Positions 6,614 through 15,213 of a DNA stretch of 45,413 bases are shown in pieces (the stretch's first letter is position 1; each line of letters starts with the position of its first letter). The position numbers and the translations under genes are program-made. Source of the DNA: Candidatus Nanoarchaeia archaeon (GTDB lineage: Archaea > Nanobdellota > Nanobdellia > SCGC-AAA011-G17 > GW2011-AR20); assembly GCA_035288805.1 (NCBI GenBank), contig DATDZG010000036.1, forward strand, positions 1 through 45,413, read 5' to 3'. The notes under the pieces were generated by a model. That model made no database searches, was not told where the DNA came from, and saw nothing but the letters and a program-made list of their open reading frames with translations.

Positions 6614-7975
6614 ATGAAAAGGCAACTAAACTGGGAGGAAGAAATAAAACAACTCTTTCCAAAATCGAGTATGGAATTTTTAGTTGAGACGACTAAAGGA
6701 CTAGTTAGAGAGGTCAACTTAGATAACGCTGCTACCACCACACCATTTTCAGCAGTAAACCAGAGAGTAGCTGAATTCCTAAAATCATATGGAAGTGTTC
6801 ATCGGGGTTCAGGTCAAAGATCAATAACATCTACCAAGGATTATGAGGAAGCTAGAAGTAAAATCCAACGATTCGTAGGAGCATCTCTAGAAGATTATGT
6901 TATATTTACAAAAAACACCACTGAAGCAATAAATCATGCAGCAGAATTATGGTCTAACATTCCAGGAAAAGTTCTTGTTTCTGATATTGAACACTCCTCT
7001 AATCTACTTCCATGGTTAGCGAGAAATGAAGTAATACAATATAGGACAAATAGTGATGGGACTCTAAATCTTACTTCTATCAAAGAAATGTTCAAAAAAC
7101 ATCGAGATATAAAACTCCTAGCAGTTACAGGTAGTTCAAATGTAACAGGATACAAACCACAAATTCATAATCTTGCAGAACTTACACACAAGCATAGTGC
7201 TATGATTTTAATTGATGGTTGTCAGTTGATTCAACATGAAAAAATTGATGTTCTTCCAAACAATGATCCAAGACATTTAGATTTCATTGCTTTTTCAGGG
7301 CATAAAATGTACGCTCCTTTTGGTGTCGGAGTTCTTATCGGACAAAAAAAGTTTTTTGATCAAGCAACCCCTTACCAAATAGGTGGTGGAAATCTAGCAT
7401 ATATCTCAAGAGATTTGAAGATAAAAAGATTCAATAGAGTACAAACTCATGATCCAGGAACACCTAATGCTGTTGGAGCCATAGCACTTGCAAAATCAAT
7501 AGACATTATCAAATCAATAGGTTATGATAGAATTTATGAGTATGAGTCTAATCTGGTTAGAAGGGCATATAAAGGGTTAAGTAAAATGGAGGGTGTAGAA
7601 GTTTACCTCTCTGAATCAGGATTAGGAAGTATTATTCCTTTTGATGTTACAGGAATAGATAGTAGACTAACTGCCGAGGTTCTAAGAGATGATTATGGGA
7701 TTGGAGTTAGGGCTGGTACATTTTGTGCGTATGAATTAATACGAAAAATCAAGAACATCTCTGATAAACAAGATCAAAGAATTACAGAAGAAGTTGAGAG
7801 GGGGATTACAAGGAATATTCCAGGGGTTGTCAGAGCTAGTTTTGGTTTAGTGAATAATGAAGAAGATGTTCTAAGGTTAGTTTCCGCTATCAATGAAATT
7901 GCAAGAAATGGGATAGAGCATTATTCTCAAGTATACAGGCAAGATACATCAACAGGATTTTGGATAAAGGAGTAA
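6614..7975 (+). CDS. PLP-dependent aminotransferase class V (cysteine desulfurase / C-S lyase-like)
   Basis: 453 aa. It has FSGHKMYAPFGVGVL (PLP-lysine context), TKNTTEAIN and DPGTPN motifs typical of the SufS/CsdA/NifS fold. Confidence 0.7.
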   Translation: MKRQLNWEEEIKQLFPKSSMEFLVETTKGLVREVNLDNAATTTPFSAVNQRVAEFLKSYGSVHRGSGQRSITSTKDYEEARSKIQRFVGASLEDYVIFTKNTTEAINHAAELWSNIPGKVLVSDIEHSSNLLPWLARNEVIQYRTNSDGTLNLTSIKEMFKKHRDIKLLAVTGSSNVTGYKPQIHNLAELTHKHSAMILIDGCQLIQHEKIDVLPNNDPRHLDFIAFSGHKMYAPFGVGVLIGQKKFFDQATPYQIGGGNLAYISRDLKIKRFNRVQTHDPGTPNAVGAIALAKSIDIIKSIGYDRIYEYESNLVRRAYKGLSKMEGVEVYLSESGLGSIIPFDVTGIDSRLTAEVLRDDYGIGVRAGTFCAYELIRKIKNISDKQDQRITEEVERGITRNIPGVVRASFGLVNNEEDVLRLVSAINEIARNGIEHYSQVYRQDTSTGFWIKE

Positions 7976-7979
7976 AAAA

Positions 7980-8678
7980 ATGTCGACAAATGTTAAACCA
8001 GAAGATTTGAATTATGATCATTATGAATCTAAGAGATATAATGATGAGATTATTAGTTCTATTCCAGGGCATGAGGAAATTCATCAGCATATTGATAGGG
8101 TTATAGAAAGAGAATATATTTTAAGAGGAAGGATTAAAATTCTGGAACTTGGAGTTGGAACAGGATTAACAGCAGAAAGAATATTAAGGAAAATCCCTAA
8201 TATTAATTACACAGCAATCGACTTTTCAGATAAAATGTTAGAAGGAGCAAGAAAACTCTTATCCCAATATCACATAAGGTTTGTAAAAGGGGATTATGGA
8301 CAAATAATCCTTCCACAAAATAATGATTTGATAGTTTCAGTCATAGGCATGCACCATCAAGAAACAAATGAGGATAAAAAAATTCTCTTTCAAAAGGTTT
8401 ACAACTCTCTTAATAAAAATGGAGCGTTTATATTTGGAGATTTAATGACATATAGGAATCCAATGGAAGCCGCATTAAACGAGGCTAAACATTTTCATTA
8501 TCTTGTAGAGAATGCTAAAAATAAAGAATCATTAATGGAATGGGCACATCATCATAAATATCTTAACAAACTAGCATCAATAGAAGATCAGATAGAATGG
8601 CTGAGAGAAGTCGGTTTTAGTGATGTAGCAATTTTATATCAAAGATTCAACACAGCATTAATATATGCTAAGAATTAA
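7980..8678 (+). CDS. Class I SAM-dependent methyltransferase (CmoA/YrrT-like architecture)
   Basis: Motif I is ILELGVGTGLTAERIL, with downstream AIDFSDKML and GAFIFGD. It starts 4 nt after the preceding gene. Confidence 0.7.
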   Translation: MSTNVKPEDLNYDHYESKRYNDEIISSIPGHEEIHQHIDRVIEREYILRGRIKILELGVGTGLTAERILRKIPNINYTAIDFSDKMLEGARKLLSQYHIRFVKGDYGQIILPQNNDLIVSVIGMHHQETNEDKKILFQKVYNSLNKNGAFIFGDLMTYRNPMEAALNEAKHFHYLVENAKNKESLMEWAHHHKYLNKLASIEDQIEWLREVGFSDVAILYQRFNTALIYAKN

Positions 8679-8700
8679 AATTAAAAGAAAAAAAGAAAAT

Positions 8701-8723
8701 AAAAAATAAAAAAAGCAAATTAA
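8701..8723 (-). terminator. Oligo-T terminator block, duplicate of 5744-5766
   Basis: The minus strand reads TTAATTTGCTTTTTTTATTTTTT directly from the DoxX stop codon. Confidence 0.5.
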
Positions 8724-9103
8724 TGCTTTATTTTATTGTCAATTGCCCACTTGCCAGCGCCGTATCCAAGCAGCACTAAGAAAGCTGCAAAGAACAGCAC
8801 AGCAGGTTCACCTTTGTTCACCAAAGGACTCAATCCATTGGAAGCATGCGCATAGAAATAAGCAACAGCCATCTGCACAGCTGAAACAAGTGCAACCCAC
8901 CTGGTTAACAATCCAAGTATAAGCATCAATCCAGCAGCAATTTCAATAATCATTGCCAATCCAAACAAGCTCATCAATTGCAATTTGCCATCTGAGAAAT
9001 TAGACCATTTTTGCAATCCATGCAGCAGGAATAACAATCCCACCAAAACACGAAACACAAAATATAATTTATCATTATGTTTTGCAAAAAACTTTACCGT
9101 CAT
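8720..9103 (-). CDS. DoxX-family membrane protein
   Basis: 127 aa. FRVLVGLLFLLHGLQKW and four hydrophobic segments are typical of DoxX. Confidence 0.65.
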   Translation of the reverse strand: MTVKFFAKHNDKLYFVFRVLVGLLFLLHGLQKWSNFSDGKLQLMSLFGLAMIIEIAAGLMLILGLLTRWVALVSAVQMAVAYFYAHASNGLSPLVNKGEPAVLFFAAFLVLLGYGAGKWAIDNKIKH

Positions 9104-9198
9104 ATAAACACCCCCTTGTTTTTAATAAAAAGAACAACATGAAGCAGTTTTTAAACGTTTTGATAACACTTTTAAATTTAGCAATTATCACATAATCA

Positions 9199-10887
9199 AT
9201 GAAAAACCTCTTAGTTGCACAAATTCTCTACAAAATAGCAGATTTACTGGAACTTCAAGAGCAAGGAAGCCCATTTATCCCAAGAGCTTTCCGAAGAGCA
9301 GCAGCAACCATTGAAGCCTTGCAAGAACCCATAGAGGAAATAGCAAAAAAAAATAAGTTAAGAGAAATTCCAGGCGTTGGCGAGGGTATAGCAAAGAAAA
9401 TCATTGAAATAATAAACACAGGTAGTTGTAAAGAATACGAATCATTAAAAAAATCCACCCCTATGGATTACGAAGAGTTAATGAAAGTCCAAGGTCTCGG
9501 TCCAAAAAAAATAAAACAGTTGTATCAAACTCTCCATATCAAAAACCTCAAAGATTTAGAATCAGCAATCAAGCAGGGAAAAATTTCAGGATTAGAGCAT
9601 TTTGGAGAAAAAACCCAGGAAAACTTAAAACAGTCTTTATCATTCGCAAAATCTCCAACCAGATTCTTGCTCTCAGAAGCATACCCAGCAGCACAGGAAT
9701 TCAAGAAATACATGCAAAAGAAAGCACAACAAGTAGAGATTGCAGGCTCTCTAAGAAGATGCAAAGAGTCAGTTGGCGACGTTGACATTCTAGCAGCAGG
9801 AAATAAAGAACTGGCAGACTATTTTACAAAATACAAAGATGTTAAGAAAGTCCTGGCAAAAGGAGAAACAAGATCCTCAGTAATCCTCAACAACGGATTA
9901 CAAATAGACCTAAGAATAATTCCAAAAGAATCATGGGGAGCAGCACTAAATTATTTTACAGGAAGCAAAGAGCACAATATAGCCTTAAGGCAAATTGCTA
10001 TAAAGCATAACCGGAAACTCAATGAATATGGTTTATTCCAAGGAGAAGAACAAATAGCAGGGAAAACCGAGGAAGAGCTCTACAAGAAGTTAGGATTAAA
10101 ATACATAGAACCAGAGCTAAGAGAAAATCTTGGAGAGATAGAATCCAGTAATAACAACTCACTGCCGTCATTAATCCAGTTAAAAGACATCAAAGCAGAT
10201 TTTCATATTCATACAAAATACTCCGATGGCTCATCAACAATTCAGGAAATTGCCAATGAGTGCATTAAACTAGGCTACAAGCAAATAGCCATAACAGACC
10301 ATTATGGAAATCTTCCAATTGCAAACCCAATGAATAAAAAAACAATTCAAAAACAATGGAAAGAGATAGAGTTAATCAACAAAAGCTCAAAAATTAAAAT
10401 CTTAAAGGGAGCAGAAATAAACATAAAACTCGACGGTTCTCTCGATATAGAATCAGAAATTCTTAAAGAACTCGACATCGTAGTGGCGTCAATCCACTCA
10501 GGATTAAACAACAACCCAACAGAACGCATTATCAAAGCTATGGAAAACAAATATGTAAATATTATTGGTCATCCATCGGGAAGACTTATCAATAAAAGAG
10601 AAGCATCGCAATTAAATTATGAAAGTATATTCGATAAAGCAAAATCCTCATCAACCATCCTGGAAATTAATTGCTCACCAGAAAGATTAGACTTGGAAAG
10701 CCAGCAAGTAAAACACGCAATTGAAAATTCATGCTTAATTTCAATAAACACAGACTCACATTCAATAAATTCATTAAACAATATGATATTTGGCGTCGGT
10801 GTTGCAAGAAGGGGATGGTGCACAAAAAATAAGGTGATAAACACATTTTCCTTTGAAAAGTTAGAAAAAAATCTAAACAAAAAATAA
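9199..10887 (+). CDS. polX: Family X DNA polymerase with C-terminal PHP domain (PolX)
   Basis: 562 aa. HhH motifs are IPGVGEGIAKKI and VQGLGPKKIKQL. The nucleotidyltransferase motif is GSLRRCKESVGDVDIL. The PHP start is DFHIHTKYSDG, followed by ITDHYG. Confidence 0.85.
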   Translation: MKNLLVAQILYKIADLLELQEQGSPFIPRAFRRAAATIEALQEPIEEIAKKNKLREIPGVGEGIAKKIIEIINTGSCKEYESLKKSTPMDYEELMKVQGLGPKKIKQLYQTLHIKNLKDLESAIKQGKISGLEHFGEKTQENLKQSLSFAKSPTRFLLSEAYPAAQEFKKYMQKKAQQVEIAGSLRRCKESVGDVDILAAGNKELADYFTKYKDVKKVLAKGETRSSVILNNGLQIDLRIIPKESWGAALNYFTGSKEHNIALRQIAIKHNRKLNEYGLFQGEEQIAGKTEEELYKKLGLKYIEPELRENLGEIESSNNNSLPSLIQLKDIKADFHIHTKYSDGSSTIQEIANECIKLGYKQIAITDHYGNLPIANPMNKKTIQKQWKEIELINKSSKIKILKGAEINIKLDGSLDIESEILKELDIVVASIHSGLNNNPTERIIKAMENKYVNIIGHPSGRLINKREASQLNYESIFDKAKSSSTILEINCSPERLDLESQQVKHAIENSCLISINTDSHSINSLNNMIFGVGVARRGWCTKNKVINTFSFEKLEKNLNKK

Positions 10888-11058
10888 AATACATTTTTGT
10901 CGACGGGAAAATCAAACAAAGATTATGAAAATTAAAATTGAAAACAAAACATTTATATACTAAAATTATATATTTACAGTAATAAAAATAGTATTTTGAG
11001 TGGTAAATTCTTTCTTTAACAGAAAAAAATGAATCATTCAAACACAAAGGAGGTAAAA

Positions 11059-11166
11059 ATGGCTGCAAGACGAACAACTGCAAGAAGAACTACTGCACGA
11101 AGATCGACCGCAAAACGATCAACTGCACGAAGATCCACTGCTAGAAGAACAACAAGAAGAAGTTAA
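11059..11166 (+). CDS. 35-aa arginine-rich pentapeptide-repeat micro-protein
   Basis: ATG at 11059 lies 5 nt after AGGAGGT (11048-11054). Translation is MAARRTTARRTTARRSTAKRSTARRSTARRTTRRS, with stop TAA at 11164-11166. A hairpin plus T-run terminator follows. It is absent from the ORF track, presumably because it is under 60 aa. Confidence 0.5.
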   Translation: MAARRTTARRTTARRSTAKRSTARRSTARRTTRRS

Positions 11167-11177
11167 TTTCATTGTTG

Positions 11178-11207
11178 ATGGGCTGAAAAGCCCATACTTT
11201 TTTTCTC
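11178..11207 (+). terminator. Stem-loop plus T-run terminator
   Basis: ATGGGCT-GAAA-AGCCCAT is followed by ACTTTTTTTCTC. Confidence 0.55.
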
Positions 11208-11263
11208 ATGCTTTTATTCATCATAAATCTTTTGTCGTCATCAACTTATTAGGCACGCAATAC

Positions 11264-11518
11264 TTATTTTCCCGCAACACGCAACAGCCAAGCGAGAACA
11301 AACAACAAAATCACTATGCCAAGAGTATACAAGAGTTTTCTATGCGATTCAACTACTAACAAAGGGATGGGTCCAAAAGGGATGGGTCCAAGACCAATAA
11401 ATCTCACAGCTCTACCCTTGATTGTTGATTTCCCTTCGGATTTGGAGAATCCTTTTGCTAAGATCAGAGCGCCAATCGCCAAAAAAACAAGCCCAATTAA
11501 AAAATATTCCCACCGCAT
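11264..11518 (-). CDS. Small membrane protein (DUF131/TIGR00304-like)
   Basis: 84 aa with two hydrophobic segments flanking IGLGPIPFGPIPLLV, which resembles the GPIPI motif of archaeal DUF131 proteins. Confidence 0.5.
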   Translation of the reverse strand: MRWEYFLIGLVFLAIGALILAKGFSKSEGKSTIKGRAVRFIGLGPIPFGPIPLLVVESHRKLLYTLGIVILLFVLAWLLRVAGK

Positions 11519-11519
11519 G

Positions 11520-11798
11520 CTAAAACTCCATCAATTTTTTATCCCAAAATGGCCAAGGGGAATGCCCAAAATGTATTAAAGCCTCAACTTTTAAATTCTT
11601 CAATTCTAAAGGCAAATCGCAAGAACCAAAACAAGAATCCATCCAAATAAGTATCTTTGCTCCAGTATTCCTCTCCAATTGCTCAGAAATCTCAACCGCT
11701 TTTGGCTTCAAACCATCAGGCATTTGTATTGCAACAAGCTTAAACTTCTCCTTATTAATAAATTCAATCGCATCCTGTATTTCAAAGTCATATTCCAT
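11520..11798 (-). pseudogene. dph2: N-terminal stub of diphthamide synthase Dph2
   Basis: The 92-aa ORF has KLVAIQMPDGLKPKAVEISEQLE...ILIWMDSCFGSCDLP...EALIHFGHS. This is collinear with the first ~80 aa of archaeal Dph2 (about 340 aa). The remainder is absent, and the next gene starts 2 nt downstream. Confidence 0.6.
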
Positions 11799-11804
11799 TT
11801 TCAG

Positions 11805-11963
11805 TTGTTTTCTTTTTGTAAAACTTTTCTTTGTTTTCCAAGGTTTTTTTCTTTGAAAAGAAAAAAAGCTTTATCGTATTCCATTTTATTTTACATCCTT
11901 AGTTTTCTTTATTCCCCAAGGGCTTTTTCTTTTACAAAAGAAAAAGGGCTTTATCGTATTCCA
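11805..11963 (+). repeat. Two tandem ~80-bp units of the hairpin repeat, each ending in CTTTATCGTATTCCAT
   Basis: The units end at 11884 and 11963 with an identical 16-mer. Its reverse complement ATGGAATACGATAAAG mimics the dph2 start ATGGAATATGAC at 11798. Confidence 0.65.
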
Positions 11964-12064
11964 TGAGCTATAAATGCAAATAACTCCTTTTAAAACTTTC
12001 TATAATTACAATAGCAATCTTTTTATTCTCACTCATACTTCTTTAAACTTATCAAGAGGTTAAC

Positions 12065-12499
12065 ATGCAAATAAAAAGCAGCGCAATTCAATCAGGAAAA
12101 AACATTCCTTCTAAATATACCTGCGATGGAAAAAATATCTCTCCAGGATTAATTTTAATAGATGTTCCAAAATCAGCAAAATCTTTAGCATTAATAATGG
12201 ACGACCCAGATGCTCCAAAAGGAACCTTTACTCATTGGGTTCTTTGGAATCTGCCAGGGAATCTAACAGAAATAAAAGAAGCAGTATCCCCAGGAATCTT
12301 GGGAAAAAACAGCGCAGGCAAACTAGGTTACCTAGGCCCATGCCCACCATCAGGCACTCATAGATATGTTTTCAAGGTTTATGCCTTAGATTCAACATTA
12401 ACTCTTCAGGAAGGAAGCAATAAACAGCAATTAGAAACAGCAATCAAAACACACATTATAGAATCGGCAGAAATAGTAGGAAGATACTCAAGGATTTAA
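12065..12499 (+). CDS. PEBP/YbhB-family protein
   Basis: 144 aa. MDDPDAPKGTFTHWVLWN and GPCPPSGTHRYVFKVYAL are the PEBP signature blocks. Confidence 0.8.
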   Translation: MQIKSSAIQSGKNIPSKYTCDGKNISPGLILIDVPKSAKSLALIMDDPDAPKGTFTHWVLWNLPGNLTEIKEAVSPGILGKNSAGKLGYLGPCPPSGTHRYVFKVYALDSTLTLQEGSNKQQLETAIKTHIIESAEIVGRYSRI

Positions 12500-12500
12500 T

Positions 12501-13223
12501 ATGAAAATTGCTCTTTTTGATTTAGATGAAACTTTAGTAAGAGCAGAATGCAGGAACTATGCTTTAGAAGTGATCTGCCAGGATATCTCAAAAAAAACAA
12601 AAATTCCAGTAAAAATCCTTTCAAATAGCCTCATCCAAATCTGGCATCAAGAAAAAGATCCAAGAAAAAAATATGATTGGGACCAACATATCAAAAAACT
12701 TTGCTCAGAAGTAAAAGTAGAGTTCATATATAATTATGAAACCTCAATCAAAAAAAATATTAACAAAGCAAAACTATTTCCAGATGTCCTGCCTTTATTA
12801 AAATACCTAAAGAAAAATAAATATAAAATCTGCATAATCACAAATGGGTTAAAAAAATACCAATATCCAATAATGAAAAAATTAGGCTTATTGAAATACA
12901 TAAGCAAAGTTTACTCTCCTCACCAAGGGTTTCTAAAACCAGACCCAAGAATCTTTAATAATGAGCTAAAAAACAAACAAGTCTCGTTTTACGCAGATGA
13001 CCAATTATATCAAGGAGTATTTCTGGCAAGAAAAATCCACACAAAATCAATTTTAATCGACAGAAAATTCAAAGCAAAAAATCTAAACAGCTATCTAAGA
13101 AACAAGCTAAGTAATGAGCTAAAAGAAAGAAGATTTGATGTTTCTTTAAAGCATCTTACTCCAGATTACATTGTAAATGATTTAAGAAAAATAATTAAAA
13201 TCCTGGAAAATGAATCTAAATGA
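12501..13223 (+). CDS. HAD-superfamily hydrolase
   Basis: Motif I is ALFDLDETLV (DxDxT), with ITNG and a YADD-type later motif. Confidence 0.65.
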   Translation: MKIALFDLDETLVRAECRNYALEVICQDISKKTKIPVKILSNSLIQIWHQEKDPRKKYDWDQHIKKLCSEVKVEFIYNYETSIKKNINKAKLFPDVLPLLKYLKKNKYKICIITNGLKKYQYPIMKKLGLLKYISKVYSPHQGFLKPDPRIFNNELKNKQVSFYADDQLYQGVFLARKIHTKSILIDRKFKAKNLNSYLRNKLSNELKERRFDVSLKHLTPDYIVNDLRKIIKILENESK

Positions 13224-13265
13224 GCCTTTTTCTTTTGTAAAAGAAAAACCCTCGGGAAAAAGAAA
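13224..13265 (-). repeat. Hairpin repeat copy filling the whole HAD-ogt spacer
   Basis: The plus strand reads GCCTTTTTCTTTTGTAAAAGAAAAACCCTCGGGAAAAAGAAAA. This is the reverse complement of the TTTCTTT-CCCGAGGG-TTTTTCTTTT-loop-AAAAGAAAAAGGC module. Confidence 0.65.
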
Positions 13266-13577
13266 ATGAATTTCAACGAAAAAGTGTATAAGGAATGTAA
13301 GAAAATTCCGAAAGGAAAAGTTTCTACATATAAAGAAATAGGCAAAAAGCTAAACACAAGAGCATATAGGGCAATAGGACAAGCATTAAAAAATAATCCT
13401 TATCCCATACAAGTTCCTTGCCATAGAGTTGTTTCTTCTCAAGGAAAATTGCATGGATTTAAAGGAAAAACCAAAGGAAAAGCATTGAAGGAAAAGCAAA
13501 GAATGTTAGAAGAAGAAGGTTTAACAATCATTAATAATAAAATCCAGGATTTCCAAGATAAACTATTTACTTTCTAA
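13266..13577 (+). CDS. ogt: Methylated-DNA-protein-cysteine methyltransferase, DNA-binding/active-site domain only
   Basis: 103 aa with the PCHRVV active-site motif preceded by the TYKEIGKKL HTH. Confidence 0.8.
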   Translation: MNFNEKVYKECKKIPKGKVSTYKEIGKKLNTRAYRAIGQALKNNPYPIQVPCHRVVSSQGKLHGFKGKTKGKALKEKQRMLEEEGLTIINNKIQDFQDKLFTF

Positions 13578-15212
13578 ACAACCTATCAGCAAATCAACAT
13601 TCAAATCTAATAAAGCAGCAGGATAATCTAAATTAAAATTCAATAAAACCTGAGGATGCAGTTCTCCAATTACTCCAATCTTCTTTCCATTAACAGCAAT
13701 CTCTCCAGCTCTTCCAGAAATACACATTCCAATATCTTTCTCTTCCAGCTTATAAGAAACATTCAGCAGTTTAAACAAGCAATCCATTATCTGTTTAATA
13801 TCTGTAAATCCAGCATTGGAGCTTGTTAAAGCTATGCATAAATTATCTCTCTCAACAACTCCAGTCTCACCAGTTCCTTTGCTGAAAACAGTATTTAATT
13901 CAAATATATTCTGGGGATATTCATTGTGTTTATTCTCAGAAATAATCTTCAACAAACTAGGAATCAAACTTGCTTTCAAAGCATTGTAATCCTGATCAAG
14001 AGCATTTCCAAGTTCAACAACCTCTTTACTCATTAAACATTTTTTGCAGTCATCTCTATGCATTAAAGTATAGCTGGAAACTTCCAATAGTCCTAATCCA
14101 GTCAATATTTCAATAATCTTCTCCTTCAAAACTCTTTCCTTATCCTCAGAAGCAATCGTGCTTACGTTTGGAAGTTCTTCTTTAAAGTTCTCATAACCAT
14201 AAGCAATCGCAATATCTTCAACAATATCTATTTGATGCAGAATATCTGCTCTATACGCAGGAACCAAAACCTTCTTGCTTTGATAGCCAAAACCCATTCT
14301 CTCCAGATAATTCTTAATCTGTTTCTCATTCAAATTAAGTCCAAGAATCTTATTTACATAAGCAGCATCCAAATTAATTTTCCAGGGTTCTAAACTAGGA
14401 GTTATTTCTTTTGCTCTGCCATCAACCACGTCTATACTATAAACTTCCCCATTCATATCAGCAAGAGCAGTGACAACAATATTCAAACATTGTTTTAATG
14501 TATTGAAATCAAATCCAGAGCATTCAACAAAGACATCCTTAGTACCAACAACAACCTTGCCAACATCATCAGAATTAATAATAGGAGGCATTGACAAAAT
14601 CTTTCCAGCTGCATCAATAAACACGGGAAACACTTTCCTGCCATTTAACAACCCAGCATACTCCTTTCCTTTAGGATGCAATTTTAAAATATCATAACCA
14701 TTCAACTCTTTATGATACTCCAAAGGTTTAAACTTAATCTCTTCAGGTTTCATCCCTAAAAAAGTAATAGGCATTTTTATTCTTTCCAGAGGATAAACTC
14801 CAATCGCAGCTTTTTTCCTGTTTCTTCCAAAAGTAACATGCAGTTTTTCCTGCAGCTGCATAATCTGTTCAATCCTCTTATCATCCAGTTTTAAATTCTT
14901 AACAATTGCACAGGCAGTAAATGGTCTTACATCCTTTACAGATTTATCAACAATAACTTTATCATTCGATTTTTTAACTTTATAATTTTTTAATCCTGTT
15001 TTATTTCCAATAAACGAAGAAAATGCTCTGGCAAATCCTTGTTCAGAAAGCATATCGGGTCTATTCGGGAAAACTTCAACAATAATCTCCTTCCCATTGA
15101 CCTCTTCCAAATCAGTCCCCAGCATTGAAATCCTATTCTTCAAAGTATCATCTGGCAATTTCTTTCCCACCAATCGTTCAAATTCTTTTCTGTCTAATGT
15201 TATCGTAGGCAT
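13563..15212 (-). CDS. pheT: Phenylalanyl-tRNA synthetase beta subunit (archaeal type)
   Basis: 549 aa. It has MPTITLDRKEFERLVGK...EVFPNRPDMLSEQGFARA typical of the archaeal PheT B3/4 domain, and lies immediately downstream of pheS. Confidence 0.9.
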   Translation of the reverse strand: MPTITLDRKEFERLVGKKLPDDTLKNRISMLGTDLEEVNGKEIIVEVFPNRPDMLSEQGFARAFSSFIGNKTGLKNYKVKKSNDKVIVDKSVKDVRPFTACAIVKNLKLDDKRIEQIMQLQEKLHVTFGRNRKKAAIGVYPLERIKMPITFLGMKPEEIKFKPLEYHKELNGYDILKLHPKGKEYAGLLNGRKVFPVFIDAAGKILSMPPIINSDDVGKVVVGTKDVFVECSGFDFNTLKQCLNIVVTALADMNGEVYSIDVVDGRAKEITPSLEPWKINLDAAYVNKILGLNLNEKQIKNYLERMGFGYQSKKVLVPAYRADILHQIDIVEDIAIAYGYENFKEELPNVSTIASEDKERVLKEKIIEILTGLGLLEVSSYTLMHRDDCKKCLMSKEVVELGNALDQDYNALKASLIPSLLKIISENKHNEYPQNIFELNTVFSKGTGETGVVERDNLCIALTSSNAGFTDIKQIMDCLFKLLNVSYKLEEKDIGMCISGRAGEIAVNGKKIGVIGELHPQVLLNFNLDYPAALLDLNVDLLIGCLESK

Positions 15213-15213
15213 T

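Noticed and set aside
10617-11083. Long minus-strand ORFs (100 and 138 aa) in the PolX 3' end and downstream spacer
   Set aside because: They are antisense to PolX or lie in very AT-rich intergenic DNA. Their peptides are Phe/Leu/Ile low-complexity with no start context.
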